Source: an uncultured virus (IMG/VR IMGVR_UViG_3300009194_000004) (lineage: Duplodnaviria > Heunggongvirae > Uroviricota > Caudoviricetes). Taken from it: a DNA stretch of 64,000 nt. Under the pieces are notes generated by a model. It saw only the letters and a list, made by a program, of their open reading frames with translations, ran no database searches and was not told where the DNA came from. The DNA lies in the IMG/VR virus record IMGVR_UViG_3300009194_000004, positions 62,001 through 126,000 of that record; one strand, written 5' to 3'. Both the position numbers and the translations under genes were made by a program. Of this stretch, positions 8,348-18,879 are shown one piece after another; positions within the stretch are counted from its first letter, which is position 1, and each line of letters starts with the position of its first letter.

Positions 8348-10471
8348 TTACGTGACGTTACCGTCCGTTGGTGGGGTATTGTCGAGCTCAACCGAAACCT
8401 TCTGAACACGAACCGTTGCCATATCCACCGGAACGTACGCGATGGTTTGCGGTTTAATCGCAACGCCGACATTGACCGGGATGTGTAAACGCACTTTCTC
8501 ACGAACGTCCACGTCCACCGGTGGGTTGTGGTGTGTCTTATCAATCAGGTAGTTGATCCGATCCTTTCCATGAATATGTAGGATGGTGGTTCGGCCTTGA
8601 TTGATCGTCATACCGTCCCGAGATTCACCGCCGATGTCGCCCAAACGAATGGCGGGGGTGCCAACGTAGACGAAGTCCGAGTTGTTGATGGTTCTCAGAT
8701 ACTGAACGCTGTACGAACTCATTTGTTGCATGAGTTGGAGCATCGCCTTCTGGATCTCAGCAAACGACATCTGGTTCTTCAGATTGATACCAGTGGCGGC
8801 GTTCACACAGTCCAGCATCAATTGCTCCTGGTCCAACGTGGACATCTGGGCCATGTCCAGTCCAAAGTCGTCCATCCACTCGTCGTATGTGGTTGGTTCG
8901 TCCGTCAATGAACACCAGTCGTGCTTGAAGTGCCGACGCACAACCTGTTCGGTCATGCCACGAGTGAGGTAATTTTCCTGGAACGAGTACAGCTCCCACA
9001 ACTTCAGGTACTCGCGGTGCAGGTTGCCACAGGCGTTGTTGAACCGCTCCACCGTGATGTACTCGCCTAGCGGTGAGATGCGATCCATCACGGCCGTGAT
9101 CAGTCGATCCGGAACGTAGCGAGAATCAACGATGCTTTGCAGTTCGTTGAAATTCGGTAACCGTTCCCGCAGTACTGTGTACACTAAGACGCGGGGTATT
9201 TCGACGACTTCCAGTCCCCGAGCTTTATGGAACAAATAGTAGGCCAAAATGAACGCGTCTTTCACTGACAGGCTGATGAGTTCGTCTGTGACTGGATGTG
9301 TGACTGTAATGTACGACCGGTACCGACCCGTACTCGCCATGTGTACCCATTGGTTTAAGAGAACATTCATCAATGAGCGGACGGAAGCGTTGCTTCGGTC
9401 CACGACTGTCGACTCCAGGACTTTTGTGGGCAACTGACTGTACTGACCACTTTTCACCGCGTCCGTTACTGCAATTTCGGTTTCGCGCTCTACCGTATAG
9501 TTATCCCGGGCGATCCCACGTTCTTTCTCAAGTATCGTATGAACAGTGCTGTAGTCCCGCTCCACCTGTGCCAACGGGTGGTTTACTGGGTATTGCACCG
9601 CATCCACGTCCGGGTAGATCTCGTTGGGGAGTTCGCTATTGTTATGCTCCAGCTTATACCAGTTGAGCGGTATCCCTCGGGGCGTGAGCAGTTTGCCGAC
9701 GAGCGTATCGAAAATGGCCTGCTTGCCCAGGTTCCGCTTCATGTACCGAAGGTTGCGATACAAGAACAGCTGCTGTTCTTTCGTCAGGTACGGCAGGAAC
9801 TCGTCCAACGCCCCGTTTGAAGCCAGATACTCACGTACATGGAAACTATGTGCTTCGGGGGTTTTCACCCGACGGAGTCGAAGGTTCTGGATCACCAACG
9901 GAAGCTGTAGGTACAGGGTACCTAAGAAGCTGGATAGGTAAAGGTCATCGGTCAGTAGATACTGTGAGTTGTGCCAGCGGGCAAAAAACGCAGTTAACCA
10001 ATACTGTAGATCATTGACAAGTGACAACTCGTTGCTTTCAATGTGGTTGTGGTCGTAATACAACAACGTACCGTCTTCCGCATCGATGGCCGTTTGTTTG
10101 TCAACGGGGAACAGAATCCCACGAATGAGTGGTGTTTTGTCAGGATGGGCGTTCATGAGGGAATCATGAAAGACCCCACCAGGTTTGTACTCACGAGCAG
10201 TGGCCCGGTGAATGGCCAGGTTTTCTTTGGTGAAGGCAATGTCTTCGAGGGTATCGAGCGACCGAACGTAGATCAACTCGTCCGTTTCGTGATACTCCCC
10301 GGCCAGGTTCATGTAATACTTCCAAGTGTCAGGTCGATCTGGATTGACGGGCACACCACGCGCCGAGAGTTCGTGGTTGATTGTTTCGGCAACGCCTGCA
10401 CATTTGATGACTAGGGTTTTGGCAAACACCAAAACACTATCGCGATAAAGTTTGTAATAGACGTTACTCAT
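8348..10471 (-). CDS. Virion structural protein, probably baseplate (phiKZ gp128-like)
   Basis: 707 aa; WKYYMNLAGEYH motif; divergent from the portal-like gene, as in phiKZ-like phages. Confidence 0.65.
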   Translation of the reverse strand: MSNVYYKLYRDSVLVFAKTLVIKCAGVAETINHELSARGVPVNPDRPDTWKYYMNLAGEYHETDELIYVRSLDTLEDIAFTKENLAIHRATAREYKPGGVFHDSLMNAHPDKTPLIRGILFPVDKQTAIDAEDGTLLYYDHNHIESNELSLVNDLQYWLTAFFARWHNSQYLLTDDLYLSSFLGTLYLQLPLVIQNLRLRRVKTPEAHSFHVREYLASNGALDEFLPYLTKEQQLFLYRNLRYMKRNLGKQAIFDTLVGKLLTPRGIPLNWYKLEHNNSELPNEIYPDVDAVQYPVNHPLAQVERDYSTVHTILEKERGIARDNYTVERETEIAVTDAVKSGQYSQLPTKVLESTVVDRSNASVRSLMNVLLNQWVHMASTGRYRSYITVTHPVTDELISLSVKDAFILAYYLFHKARGLEVVEIPRVLVYTVLRERLPNFNELQSIVDSRYVPDRLITAVMDRISPLGEYITVERFNNACGNLHREYLKLWELYSFQENYLTRGMTEQVVRRHFKHDWCSLTDEPTTYDEWMDDFGLDMAQMSTLDQEQLMLDCVNAATGINLKNQMSFAEIQKAMLQLMQQMSSYSVQYLRTINNSDFVYVGTPAIRLGDIGGESRDGMTINQGRTTILHIHGKDRINYLIDKTHHNPPVDVDVREKVRLHIPVNVGVAIKPQTIAYVPVDMATVRVQKVSVELDNTPPTDGNVT

Positions 10472-10524
10472 TGTTTGACCTTCTATTGTTTACTGTTTAA
10501 CACACCTAAAAAGGAGGGCGGCCC

Positions 10525-13248
10525 ATGGCTGTTCAAGACGGGAATCGACGATACCCGAAGTTGGCGTACACGCGGAACGCGTCCGATTCGGTCAACGCAA
10601 TACTGTCCAAGCTGGTCCGTGACCAGAGTCAAGTTGGGGATCGCCCCAGTGATCCACGTAACATCACGGTCTCACGTGATCTGTTTGAACAAATCTCACA
10701 GGCCACCAGTCAGGATGCCATCGATGCCGATTCGGTGTTCCAACTGCTGCCAGATGTGGAGTTGACCGAGCAGATTCTGGTTGGCAGTATCTTGTCACCC
10801 AAAGACATGTCATCGGTGGACCTGAACTTCACCGTCGATGAACGGTTATTCGACAGTGAGCTGGCCCGCCCACTCCTAGGTGTGATCCAGGATTATTTCA
10901 AAAACGACTATAAGATTGACGACCGCTTGGACGGCATGCTCGAAGAGATGCTGTTTACCAAGGGCGCTCACATTCTGGCGGTCCTACCCGAAAACAACCT
11001 GGACATGATCATCAATGGCGAAGAACGCCTGTCCATGGAAAGTTACAACCGGGTGGTGCAGCGCATCAACCAAGGTCGACCCATGGGCTTTTTGGGACAC
11101 CCACGTGAGCCCCGGGTATCCATGGAAACCTTCCGAGGCGGTCTGGAACAAGCCACGGGCATCCACGGTGAAATCAATGACGATCGCGGTCGGAAGAAGC
11201 CACTGTCCGTCCCAGGCGTTACCGTGACCGATAACTTCGACGTTCTGAAGAACACCGGTGTGCGTCATCGGGGGCGTCAGCTGAAGATCAACTCCCTGTT
11301 GAACCGTCATAAGGTGTCCATGGAGGCGGCCAGCCAAGGGCTGTCGCCGGAAGACATTGACGCGCTGTATAACAAGCGCGGTCAACAGCCGGCGCAACAC
11401 ACGCAGGTGCTCCCCACTCAGGAATACATGAATCGTCCTTCCAAAGGTCATCCTTTGGTGATGAAGCTGCCGGTGGAAAGCGTGATCCCGGTCCACGTTC
11501 CGGGACAACCGGAAGAGCACGTTGGGTATTTCGTCATGATCGACCAGAACGGTCGTCCGGTTGTTCGTGAGGAAGGGAAGGATTATTACGGCGAACTGCG
11601 CAGTAATTTCAAAGGCAATACCAAGGACAACACCTCTGAGCTGGTCAAGCGCACCAAAGAAGCCATGGGCATGGCCAGCAACGAAAACGGGTTGGAGTTT
11701 GATCAAATCCAACAAGCCTACACTGGGATCATTGAAAACGACCTGGTGAACCGTTTGCGCAATGGCCTGTACGGCGAGGAATTCGAACTGGGTGCAGCCA
11801 CTGACATCTATCGGATCATGTTGTACCGGTCACTGAAGAACCAGAACACTCAACTGCTGTACATCCCCTCCGAACTGGTGGTGTATATGGCGTTCGATTA
11901 CAACAAGCACGGCATTGGCCAAACCCTGTTGACGCAGTCGAAGATCCTGTCTTCCATGCGCAGTGTGTTGTTGTTTGCTGAGACCATGTCGGGAGTGCGC
12001 AATGCGGTCGGTCGGAAACGGGCCAACATCAGTGTCGATCCCGAAGACCCCGATCCGGAGAAAACCATCTCGGACGTTCAGGCGGCCATTCTGGAAAGTT
12101 CCCACCGAGGGTTCCCTCTGGCCTCACCCGATCCCGGTCAGACGCTGGACTACCTCAACCGGGCTGGGTTTGATTTCTCCATCAACGTTGAGTCGGACAA
12201 CTACCCCACCACCAAGGTGGAATTTGACGACTACAATAGCAACGTTCAGGCGGGCAGTCCCGAACTGCAAGACCGTCTGCGTCGGATGCACATCTCTGGT
12301 TTTGGGATGAACCCCGAATTGGTGGACCCGCAATCCAGTCCTGATTTTGCTACCAGTGTGGTGAACAACAACCTGATCATGACCCGTCGGGTCATTCGGT
12401 ATCAGAAACGGTTCACTCGGATGGTGTCCAAGTTCACGCAGTTGGTGTCCAATCACTCGGCCAATATCCGTGCCAAATTGGCGGAGGTTATGGAAGAACA
12501 GAAGGCCAAACTGACCACGGAACAGAAGCGGGAAGATACCGAGGCGCTCATCGACCAATTCGTCGAGGCGATCACGGTCACACTGCCCGCGCCGGACACC
12601 ACTCGCATTGACCAACAGCTGCAAGCGTACGACCAGTACTCACAATTGTTGGAGCGGGCATTGGAAGCGTACATCACCCAAGACCTGTTCCCGCCCGAGG
12701 TACTGGCTCGGGAACCGAACACGGTCGATCACGTGATTGCGGTCATCAAAGCGTACTACCAGCGGATGTGGTTGGATCGCAACAACGTCATGCCGGAACT
12801 GGACAAACTGACGGAGATGGAGGACGACAAACACGCCTTCAATCTGTTCGATGTCCAAGAAGGTCAGATCTCGTCGCTGGGTAAGGCCATTCAGGAATAC
12901 CTGGATCAGATCGAAGATCACCGTAAGGTCTGGGAAGAGCGCAACCAACCCGACGAGGAAGAGGAAGAATCCACAGACGGTGGTGACGAATACGGCGCGG
13001 ACGAGACTGGCGGTGACGACACCGGCGGTGAGGAAACCGAGACCGGTGGGGATGACGACCTCGACTTCGGTTTAGACGAAGAGGAGTCTGAAAGCACGGA
13101 AGAAGAGGAGGAAGCCTCTGAGGACACTGAGACCGAAGAAGAGGTTGAGGAAGAGCCTGAGGAGGAAGAAGAAACCCCTGAGGAAGAGGAAGAACCGGAA
13201 GAGGAGGAAGAGCCCGGTGAGGAAGATGAGGACGAGAACAAGTCTTAA
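10525..13248 (+). CDS. Probable portal protein (phiKZ gp129-like) with very acidic C-terminal tail
   Basis: 907 aa; AAGGAGG RBS; SME processing-like motifs; E/D-rich C-terminus; synteny with the gp128-like gene. Confidence 0.7.
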   Translation: MAVQDGNRRYPKLAYTRNASDSVNAILSKLVRDQSQVGDRPSDPRNITVSRDLFEQISQATSQDAIDADSVFQLLPDVELTEQILVGSILSPKDMSSVDLNFTVDERLFDSELARPLLGVIQDYFKNDYKIDDRLDGMLEEMLFTKGAHILAVLPENNLDMIINGEERLSMESYNRVVQRINQGRPMGFLGHPREPRVSMETFRGGLEQATGIHGEINDDRGRKKPLSVPGVTVTDNFDVLKNTGVRHRGRQLKINSLLNRHKVSMEAASQGLSPEDIDALYNKRGQQPAQHTQVLPTQEYMNRPSKGHPLVMKLPVESVIPVHVPGQPEEHVGYFVMIDQNGRPVVREEGKDYYGELRSNFKGNTKDNTSELVKRTKEAMGMASNENGLEFDQIQQAYTGIIENDLVNRLRNGLYGEEFELGAATDIYRIMLYRSLKNQNTQLLYIPSELVVYMAFDYNKHGIGQTLLTQSKILSSMRSVLLFAETMSGVRNAVGRKRANISVDPEDPDPEKTISDVQAAILESSHRGFPLASPDPGQTLDYLNRAGFDFSINVESDNYPTTKVEFDDYNSNVQAGSPELQDRLRRMHISGFGMNPELVDPQSSPDFATSVVNNNLIMTRRVIRYQKRFTRMVSKFTQLVSNHSANIRAKLAEVMEEQKAKLTTEQKREDTEALIDQFVEAITVTLPAPDTTRIDQQLQAYDQYSQLLERALEAYITQDLFPPEVLAREPNTVDHVIAVIKAYYQRMWLDRNNVMPELDKLTEMEDDKHAFNLFDVQEGQISSLGKAIQEYLDQIEDHRKVWEERNQPDEEEEESTDGGDEYGADETGGDDTGGEETETGGDDDLDFGLDEEESESTEEEEEASEDTETEEEVEEEPEEEEETPEEEEEPEEEEEPGEEDEDENKS

Positions 13249-13260
13249 TCGGAGCTTGGT

Positions 13261-13707
13261 ATGATCGTGGAGTACTGCGGCAATTTGTTGGACAGTCGCC
13301 AACAAACGTTGGTTTGCACCACCAATTGTCGCGGTGCCATGGGTGCGGGTCTGGCACTGGCGTTTAAAAAACGCTACCCAGACACGTACCGCGCCTACCG
13401 AGAGTTTTACCGGAACGAATGGTTGGCGGTGGATCGACTTTTGACCGCGCCGCTGAACGACGGGTCGGGTCGACAGGTGCTGTTCTTTCCCACCAAAGAC
13501 GACTGGCGTCAACCCAGTCGAATGGAATGGGTGGAACACAACTTACACACACTGGCCAGTCAGTACCATCAGTTGGACATCACCAGTTTGGCCTTGCCCA
13601 TGTTGGGAACCCTGAATGGGAAATTGCCGAGCGAGCCGGTGTATCAGTTGATCCATAAAACCTTCGCCAACCATCCCCTTTACGTGGAACTTTACGTGCC
13701 TTTCTAA
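13261..13707 (+). CDS. Macrodomain protein (Poa1p/DarG-like ADP-ribosyl hydrolase)
   Basis: GNLL...TTNCRGAMGAGLALAFKKRYP, FFPTKDDW and SLALPMLG motifs. Confidence 0.85.
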   Translation: MIVEYCGNLLDSRQQTLVCTTNCRGAMGAGLALAFKKRYPDTYRAYREFYRNEWLAVDRLLTAPLNDGSGRQVLFFPTKDDWRQPSRMEWVEHNLHTLASQYHQLDITSLALPMLGTLNGKLPSEPVYQLIHKTFANHPLYVELYVPF

Positions 13708-13708
13708 C

Positions 13709-13736
13709 GGTGCCCTTCGGGGCACCTTTTATGTCG
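13709..13736 (+). terminator. Intrinsic terminator (palindrome family)
   Basis: GGTGCCC-ttcg-GGGCACC-TTTTATGTCG. Confidence 0.85.
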
Positions 13737-13825
13737 ATAAACGGCGCCGGCCTCGTAATTCTATGTACTTTCGGGACGAGACAACCCCAAAGGTGCATCC
13801 TCAAAGACAGTTGGAGAACCCCAAA

Positions 13826-14365
13826 ATGGCTTACGATATTTCCATGACATCCAAGGACCAGGTCCTTGAGTTGTTGAACCAGAGCGCTGGGTTGTCGCTG
13901 ACGTGGGAACAGATTGAGTTCGACGTTCCGGCGATTAACACCAACCCGGCTTACGACCGGAACACCGAACTGGTCATCACCGGTATTCCAGATTTCGGTT
14001 ACAAAGGCACTGCGTCCATTTACTACAACCGGATCGATCTGGCGGAGTTTGTCAACATTGCCCGTAACCCGTTTGTGGTTCAGGTGGATGTGGACCCGGA
14101 CACCGGTACCTTGACCCTCCAGGACATCCTGGACGGTTTCAATAACTACTTCGGTTCGGCCCTGGCCCTCGAAGACATCGCCGACTCCTACGTACTGCCC
14201 ACCAACTGGGCGGACGGTGAGTCGTTCACCATGGAAGCCAACGCTTGGTCCTACGCGTACCGGGGCAACGTGAGCTTCATCGTACGTCCGTTGGACGTTG
14301 ACATTGACGTTGCGGTTGAGAACAAACTCCTCGACGGCCTGGTACTGACTGAACCGACACCTTAA
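13826..14365 (+). CDS. Virion structural protein (paralog family, N-terminal domain only)
   Basis: GGAG RBS; RNTELV...YKGTASIYYNRIDL motif. Confidence 0.8.
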   Translation: MAYDISMTSKDQVLELLNQSAGLSLTWEQIEFDVPAINTNPAYDRNTELVITGIPDFGYKGTASIYYNRIDLAEFVNIARNPFVVQVDVDPDTGTLTLQDILDGFNNYFGSALALEDIADSYVLPTNWADGESFTMEANAWSYAYRGNVSFIVRPLDVDIDVAVENKLLDGLVLTEPTP

Positions 14366-14383
14366 TAAATCGGGATATTCATT

Positions 14384-15220
14384 ATGGATGCGTTTTACAA
14401 AGACACCAAAAAACAGTTACTGGATACAATCAACGCCCTGAATGACCTACCCATTCCGCTGGGAGAAGAAACTGTTCTTTTGGGCAGCGCAACCCCTAAT
14501 GAAGAAACCGGTTTGGTGGAAGTGGGTGTGCGTGGCGTGCATGGACAGGGGTACCGTAAGGACCCCGTCCGTGTCTCGTACAGTCGGCTGGAATTGGGAC
14601 GTCTGTTCGGCGGGGTAGCTAATCCCTCGATCCGGACTCTGAGTCAATCGACGTTACATCGACTACTGCCCCGGCTCAACAAGATCCTGGGGACACGTTT
14701 TACCGTGGATGACGTTGAGGACGTGGATTTCAGTGTTCACGGTCAAGACGCCACCGTAGAGTTCATCGTGGCGGCTAAGCCCGACTCCCGATTCTATTCC
14801 GGTTCGTTCACTCTGACGTTCAATCGTCACTGGTTGCTGCTGGAAGAGGTGGTCGATCCCTTGGTCGCGGCGTTTGTGCACCCCGACCCCTTGCTGGAAA
14901 ACAAAACTTCAGCGGGGATGTTGACGTGGGGGTTGGACTTTACCCCAATCGCTCATCTTTTGACGATCGACCCCACCGCTGCGGATTACCGAGGGGACTA
15001 CACTAACGTGGGTGCGTTACAGCAAGCGTTGGCGGATCAGTACCGCATTGACCTGTGGCCGTCCAATGCCGAGGCCTTGGTCACCACCGCGTCGGTGAAG
15101 GATTACCCCACCTCCGAGGTGGAACGAGCCAACCGTGACTTCCAACGGGTGGTGGTGCAGACCAACATCGACGCACGGGGCTACATTGGCACCGCCTACT
15201 TCCATTACAATCTGACGTAA
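14384..15220 (+). CDS. Virion structural protein (paralog family)
   Basis: YSRLEL motif, C-terminal AN.DFQRV...YFHYN. Confidence 0.8.
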   Translation: MDAFYKDTKKQLLDTINALNDLPIPLGEETVLLGSATPNEETGLVEVGVRGVHGQGYRKDPVRVSYSRLELGRLFGGVANPSIRTLSQSTLHRLLPRLNKILGTRFTVDDVEDVDFSVHGQDATVEFIVAAKPDSRFYSGSFTLTFNRHWLLLEEVVDPLVAAFVHPDPLLENKTSAGMLTWGLDFTPIAHLLTIDPTAADYRGDYTNVGALQQALADQYRIDLWPSNAEALVTTASVKDYPTSEVERANRDFQRVVVQTNIDARGYIGTAYFHYNLT

Positions 15221-15229
15221 GAGGTCAAC

Positions 15230-16081
15230 ATGTCACTGTATAAAGACCCCCGACTTACCTTGCTGGGCTTGGTCGAGTCGGAAAACAACATTCAGCTGGA
15301 CCCGGCTGACTACGACTTTGAAAACCCAACACCTGCCACGCCGCCGGAAGGGTCAACGGCCAGCTACAACACCAAGGTGACACTCAAGGCCAATAACCCT
15401 GCCGCGCCCTACGTCGGGTCTGTGGACATCTTCTACAACCGACTCAACGTGGCGGATTTGGATGTGTTGGCCGACATCTACGTCCAGACCCCTGCACTGA
15501 CCACCACCCATGACGTCATTGATTCCCTGAACCGTCGGTACGGGTTGAACTTTGAAACCACCGATCTGGTGAACCACCCCACGGTGGATCACGGCACGTA
15601 TAAGACGGTGACGCTGGAAGCCGAACCGACCAGTTTGGGCTGGATTGGTACGTTGGACATCAGTGCCACCGAAGGCGACTTGGTGTTGGAAGAGCATGTC
15701 CTGAACACCGGTTTGGGTGGGTTGAATTACCCGACCGAATCCACGGATCGGACGTTCGCCCACTTCTACAGCTATTGGCGGGATTTCAGCGACCACCACG
15801 ATACCCTGAAGACCCTCAGTGCCGGTGACGCCATTGGACTGGAGTTGGTGACTATTCTGGACACCGTCACCGGCGACCCATGGCAAGGCTCTGGGGTGTC
15901 GGACTACTCACTGGGGAACGCGGAGATCATCTACGCCGGCCCCACCGACGGGTACCCGAACACCAACGACGACTACGACATGGTCATGATCGTCCGTTTG
16001 GACCCCACACAGTGTTTGGCGCTCGATGGGGACTTGGTGATCCACCACGGTCCGGACGCACTCGCGACACTGGGCTTTTAA
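15230..16081 (+). CDS. Virion structural protein (paralog family)
   Basis: YNTKV...YVGSVDIFYNRLN; SLGWIG; GLNYP. Confidence 0.8.
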   Translation: MSLYKDPRLTLLGLVESENNIQLDPADYDFENPTPATPPEGSTASYNTKVTLKANNPAAPYVGSVDIFYNRLNVADLDVLADIYVQTPALTTTHDVIDSLNRRYGLNFETTDLVNHPTVDHGTYKTVTLEAEPTSLGWIGTLDISATEGDLVLEEHVLNTGLGGLNYPTESTDRTFAHFYSYWRDFSDHHDTLKTLSAGDAIGLELVTILDTVTGDPWQGSGVSDYSLGNAEIIYAGPTDGYPNTNDDYDMVMIVRLDPTQCLALDGDLVIHHGPDALATLGF

Positions 16082-16093
16082 GGGAGGTGAGCG

Positions 16094-16912
16094 ATGATTA
16101 ATGGCTTGGACGAATTGATCGACCTGGTCAATACGCAAAACGACCTGCCCCGGGTAATCACCGAAGAGAACGTGGTCTTTGAATACCCACGCACGCTTTT
16201 GCCGTACAGCGTGGCCGATCAAGGCAGTCGGAACACGGCGGTGACGTTGAAGGGGATTCCCTACAAAGGCTACGACGGTCAAACGGATGTGTATTACAAG
16301 CGGGGTGATCTGAACAGCCTGTTTGAGGGGATGAACCCCAACATCCGGGAAAACGACCTGACCGTGGAGAAGGTCTTGGCGGCGGTGAATCGCAAGTACG
16401 GGTTAAAGCTCGAACTGCGGGACGTGGACCCCATTGACCTGAGTGTGTTCGATGACGCGTCACTGGAAACCACCGAGCCGGTGGAGTTGCGGGTGATTGA
16501 TAACTCCTACCGCTGGCTGGGGACAGTGTCCATCGCCACCACGTACGGTAACCCACTGCTGACCAGCATTGTGTTTGTGCAACTCTTACCACTGTTGGAA
16601 CACCCGGACGACGTAGAGCTTCTCAACGGCCGTCTGTCGGGCAAAATGCAGACCTGGGGGGTTGACTTCACTGCGTGGAAAGATCGCCTTCAGATCGATC
16701 CTGACAGCGGTGAGTGGCGCAACTTCGCCGACGTCCAGAACATCGGTCAGGACGTAGCAGGTCTGTCGTATTGGTACAACTCCACCGTGGTGGATCTCCC
16801 CACCGATTCGGTTCCCGGTGCGAACCCCGCGTTTGAACGCGTGATGGTGCAGAATACCCCCCTGGGGACGGTCAAAGGTCCGTTGTATTTCCATTACGAC
16901 GTCAACTGGTAA
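16094..16912 (+). CDS. Virion structural protein (paralog family)
   Basis: RNTAV...YDGQTDVYYKR; C-terminal YFHYD; GGAGG RBS. Confidence 0.8.
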   Translation: MINGLDELIDLVNTQNDLPRVITEENVVFEYPRTLLPYSVADQGSRNTAVTLKGIPYKGYDGQTDVYYKRGDLNSLFEGMNPNIRENDLTVEKVLAAVNRKYGLKLELRDVDPIDLSVFDDASLETTEPVELRVIDNSYRWLGTVSIATTYGNPLLTSIVFVQLLPLLEHPDDVELLNGRLSGKMQTWGVDFTAWKDRLQIDPDSGEWRNFADVQNIGQDVAGLSYWYNSTVVDLPTDSVPGANPAFERVMVQNTPLGTVKGPLYFHYDVNW

Positions 16913-16933
16913 TTCTTTAACGAAGGACATGAC

Positions 16934-17896
16934 ATGTTTTTCTACGACAAAACACCCAAGCAAATGCTCGTTGACTTGATCAACGAAGCAAACCCGGATC
17001 TGCCGTTCCCGATCAATGTGACGGACTACGAGTTCCTCGATCCGGTCACCATCGAAGAAACCCCGGAAGGTCACAACACCCAGATCCGTCTGTACGCCCA
17101 TCCCGAGGCCCCGTACTTTGGTAACATCGTTCTGACGTACCGTCGGTTGGACCTGGCCCGCCTGTTCTGGGGCATTACCCCGCGCATTCAGAAGTGGTTC
17201 CCAGGCAGTGATGACGTTGGGGACAACGGCGAGGTCATCGCCACCCTGTACGATATTCTTCCGTTGTTCTCGAAACAGTACGGTCTGTTATTGGACTCGT
17301 CCCAGATTCAGAACCAGAACATGACTGCGTACTACGGTGCCGAGGAAGGGCGTCTGTACACCATGCGGGCCCGTACGGACTCGTACATTTACGTGGGCAG
17401 TGTGAACTACAACTGGATGTCCGGTCGTCGGGGTCTGGAAGACGTGGTGACCAACGATGAAACCGTGGGCATTTACTACCCTGGCGGGAACGACTTCACC
17501 GACCCGGCAGCGCGTAAGCGTTACCTAACTCCACTGACGTACGACTACGATTTCTCCCTGATGTATTTCAACAACTCGTATGAGTGGGATCAGACGTACC
17601 GTTACTATATCGGTCATAGTTCCGAAGACGACCATCACCGGAACTTCGTGGAACAAATTGCCGATGTGATCGAAGCTGCCACCGGTATTCGCCCACCCCA
17701 GGTGATTTACAGCAACGGTACTGAATACCGAAACACCGAATTCAGTCTGAACGGTTTCGACATCACACATACCTCACTGCCGAATGCGGCCTTCCCAGAA
17801 GCCAACGCGGAGTTCTTCAACCGCGCCATCATTCTGGAATGTCCGGCAGATTGCCCATGGGGTGTTGGTAACCTCTACTTCCACTACAACAAGTAA
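16934..17896 (+). CDS. Virion structural protein (paralog family)
   Basis: HNTQI...YFGNIVLTYRRLDL; C-terminal GNLYFHYN. Confidence 0.8.
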   Translation: MFFYDKTPKQMLVDLINEANPDLPFPINVTDYEFLDPVTIEETPEGHNTQIRLYAHPEAPYFGNIVLTYRRLDLARLFWGITPRIQKWFPGSDDVGDNGEVIATLYDILPLFSKQYGLLLDSSQIQNQNMTAYYGAEEGRLYTMRARTDSYIYVGSVNYNWMSGRRGLEDVVTNDETVGIYYPGGNDFTDPAARKRYLTPLTYDYDFSLMYFNNSYEWDQTYRYYIGHSSEDDHHRNFVEQIADVIEAATGIRPPQVIYSNGTEYRNTEFSLNGFDITHTSLPNAAFPEANAEFFNRAIILECPADCPWGVGNLYFHYNK

Positions 17897-17907
17897 CAGG
17901 TGCATTC

Positions 17908-18831
17908 ATGAACCTTGATCAGTTTACAAACTTGGCTGCGCTTCATCGGACCTCGCACGAAGCGCTGGTGGAATTCATTGCGCAGACCAACAACGTGGCC
18001 TTGAACCCCGACTACGTGTTCTTCTCGCCCCCGGCGCGGGTGGAGGACACTTGGCGGGCCGGGACCACCGATAAGAACACCATTATTCGGATGACCACCA
18101 CCGAAGACAACCCAGACTACCAAGGGACTGTCATCGTTGTTTACGACCGACTGAACTTAGCCGACCTGGGCAAGTTGGTGGAACCGGTGTTGGAGGTCTA
18201 CCAACCCCAAACGACCCACGATCTGATTCGCCCGTTTTTCTTGAAGTACGGCATTGTGTTGGATCAGGCCGATCTGGTGGACGAGCCGCTGGTGCGCATC
18301 AATGACAACGAGCTGGAAGACCCGATCTACGAGATCAACGCAGCTCCTACCTCTCTGCGATGGTACGGTACTTTGCAGGTGACGCACAAAGAAGGTCGAG
18401 GTGAGTTTAAGGATTACATGACCGAAGACGTCCTGCCAGGCCTGAACTACCCGGTTGAGAACGATGACGGTACTCGGGGCTCGGCCATCGTGTACATGTA
18501 CTCTCTGGATTTCACCGACGTGAAAGACGTACTGGAGACCTACCCGGTAGAGTATGTGGTGGACGAAACCGACACGGCCCTGCTGGACGCGATTCAACAG
18601 ATCGACACTGGCAACGGTAAGATGCTCTGGAACCTGGACCCGGCGGCGACCGCGTGGAGTCTGCATGGTGCTGAGATCATCGCCAGTGGTATCAACGACG
18701 AATCACTGCCGACCAACAAGTCGTACAAATATGTGTTGGGTATCCGCCTGCGGGCTGACGTGGACACCCCACCGGGTGACATGTACCTGCATTACAACGA
18801 CGTGTTCGATCCGACGAAGTTGGTTCAGTAA
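17908..18831 (+). CDS. Virion structural protein (paralog family)
   Basis: KNTII...YQGTVIVVYDRLNL; C-terminal GDMYLHYN. Confidence 0.8.
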   Translation: MNLDQFTNLAALHRTSHEALVEFIAQTNNVALNPDYVFFSPPARVEDTWRAGTTDKNTIIRMTTTEDNPDYQGTVIVVYDRLNLADLGKLVEPVLEVYQPQTTHDLIRPFFLKYGIVLDQADLVDEPLVRINDNELEDPIYEINAAPTSLRWYGTLQVTHKEGRGEFKDYMTEDVLPGLNYPVENDDGTRGSAIVYMYSLDFTDVKDVLETYPVEYVVDETDTALLDAIQQIDTGNGKMLWNLDPAATAWSLHGAEIIASGINDESLPTNKSYKYVLGIRLRADVDTPPGDMYLHYNDVFDPTKLVQ

Positions 18832-18879
18832 TTCACACGGGGGTGGGTCACCACCCCCATGAATGCAAGGGTATTAGGC

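Noticed and set aside
13755..13770. TATG late-promoter-like motifs upstream of structural genes (also near 24415 and 38625 on the - strand)
   Set aside because: A 4-nt motif is too short to call without TSS data
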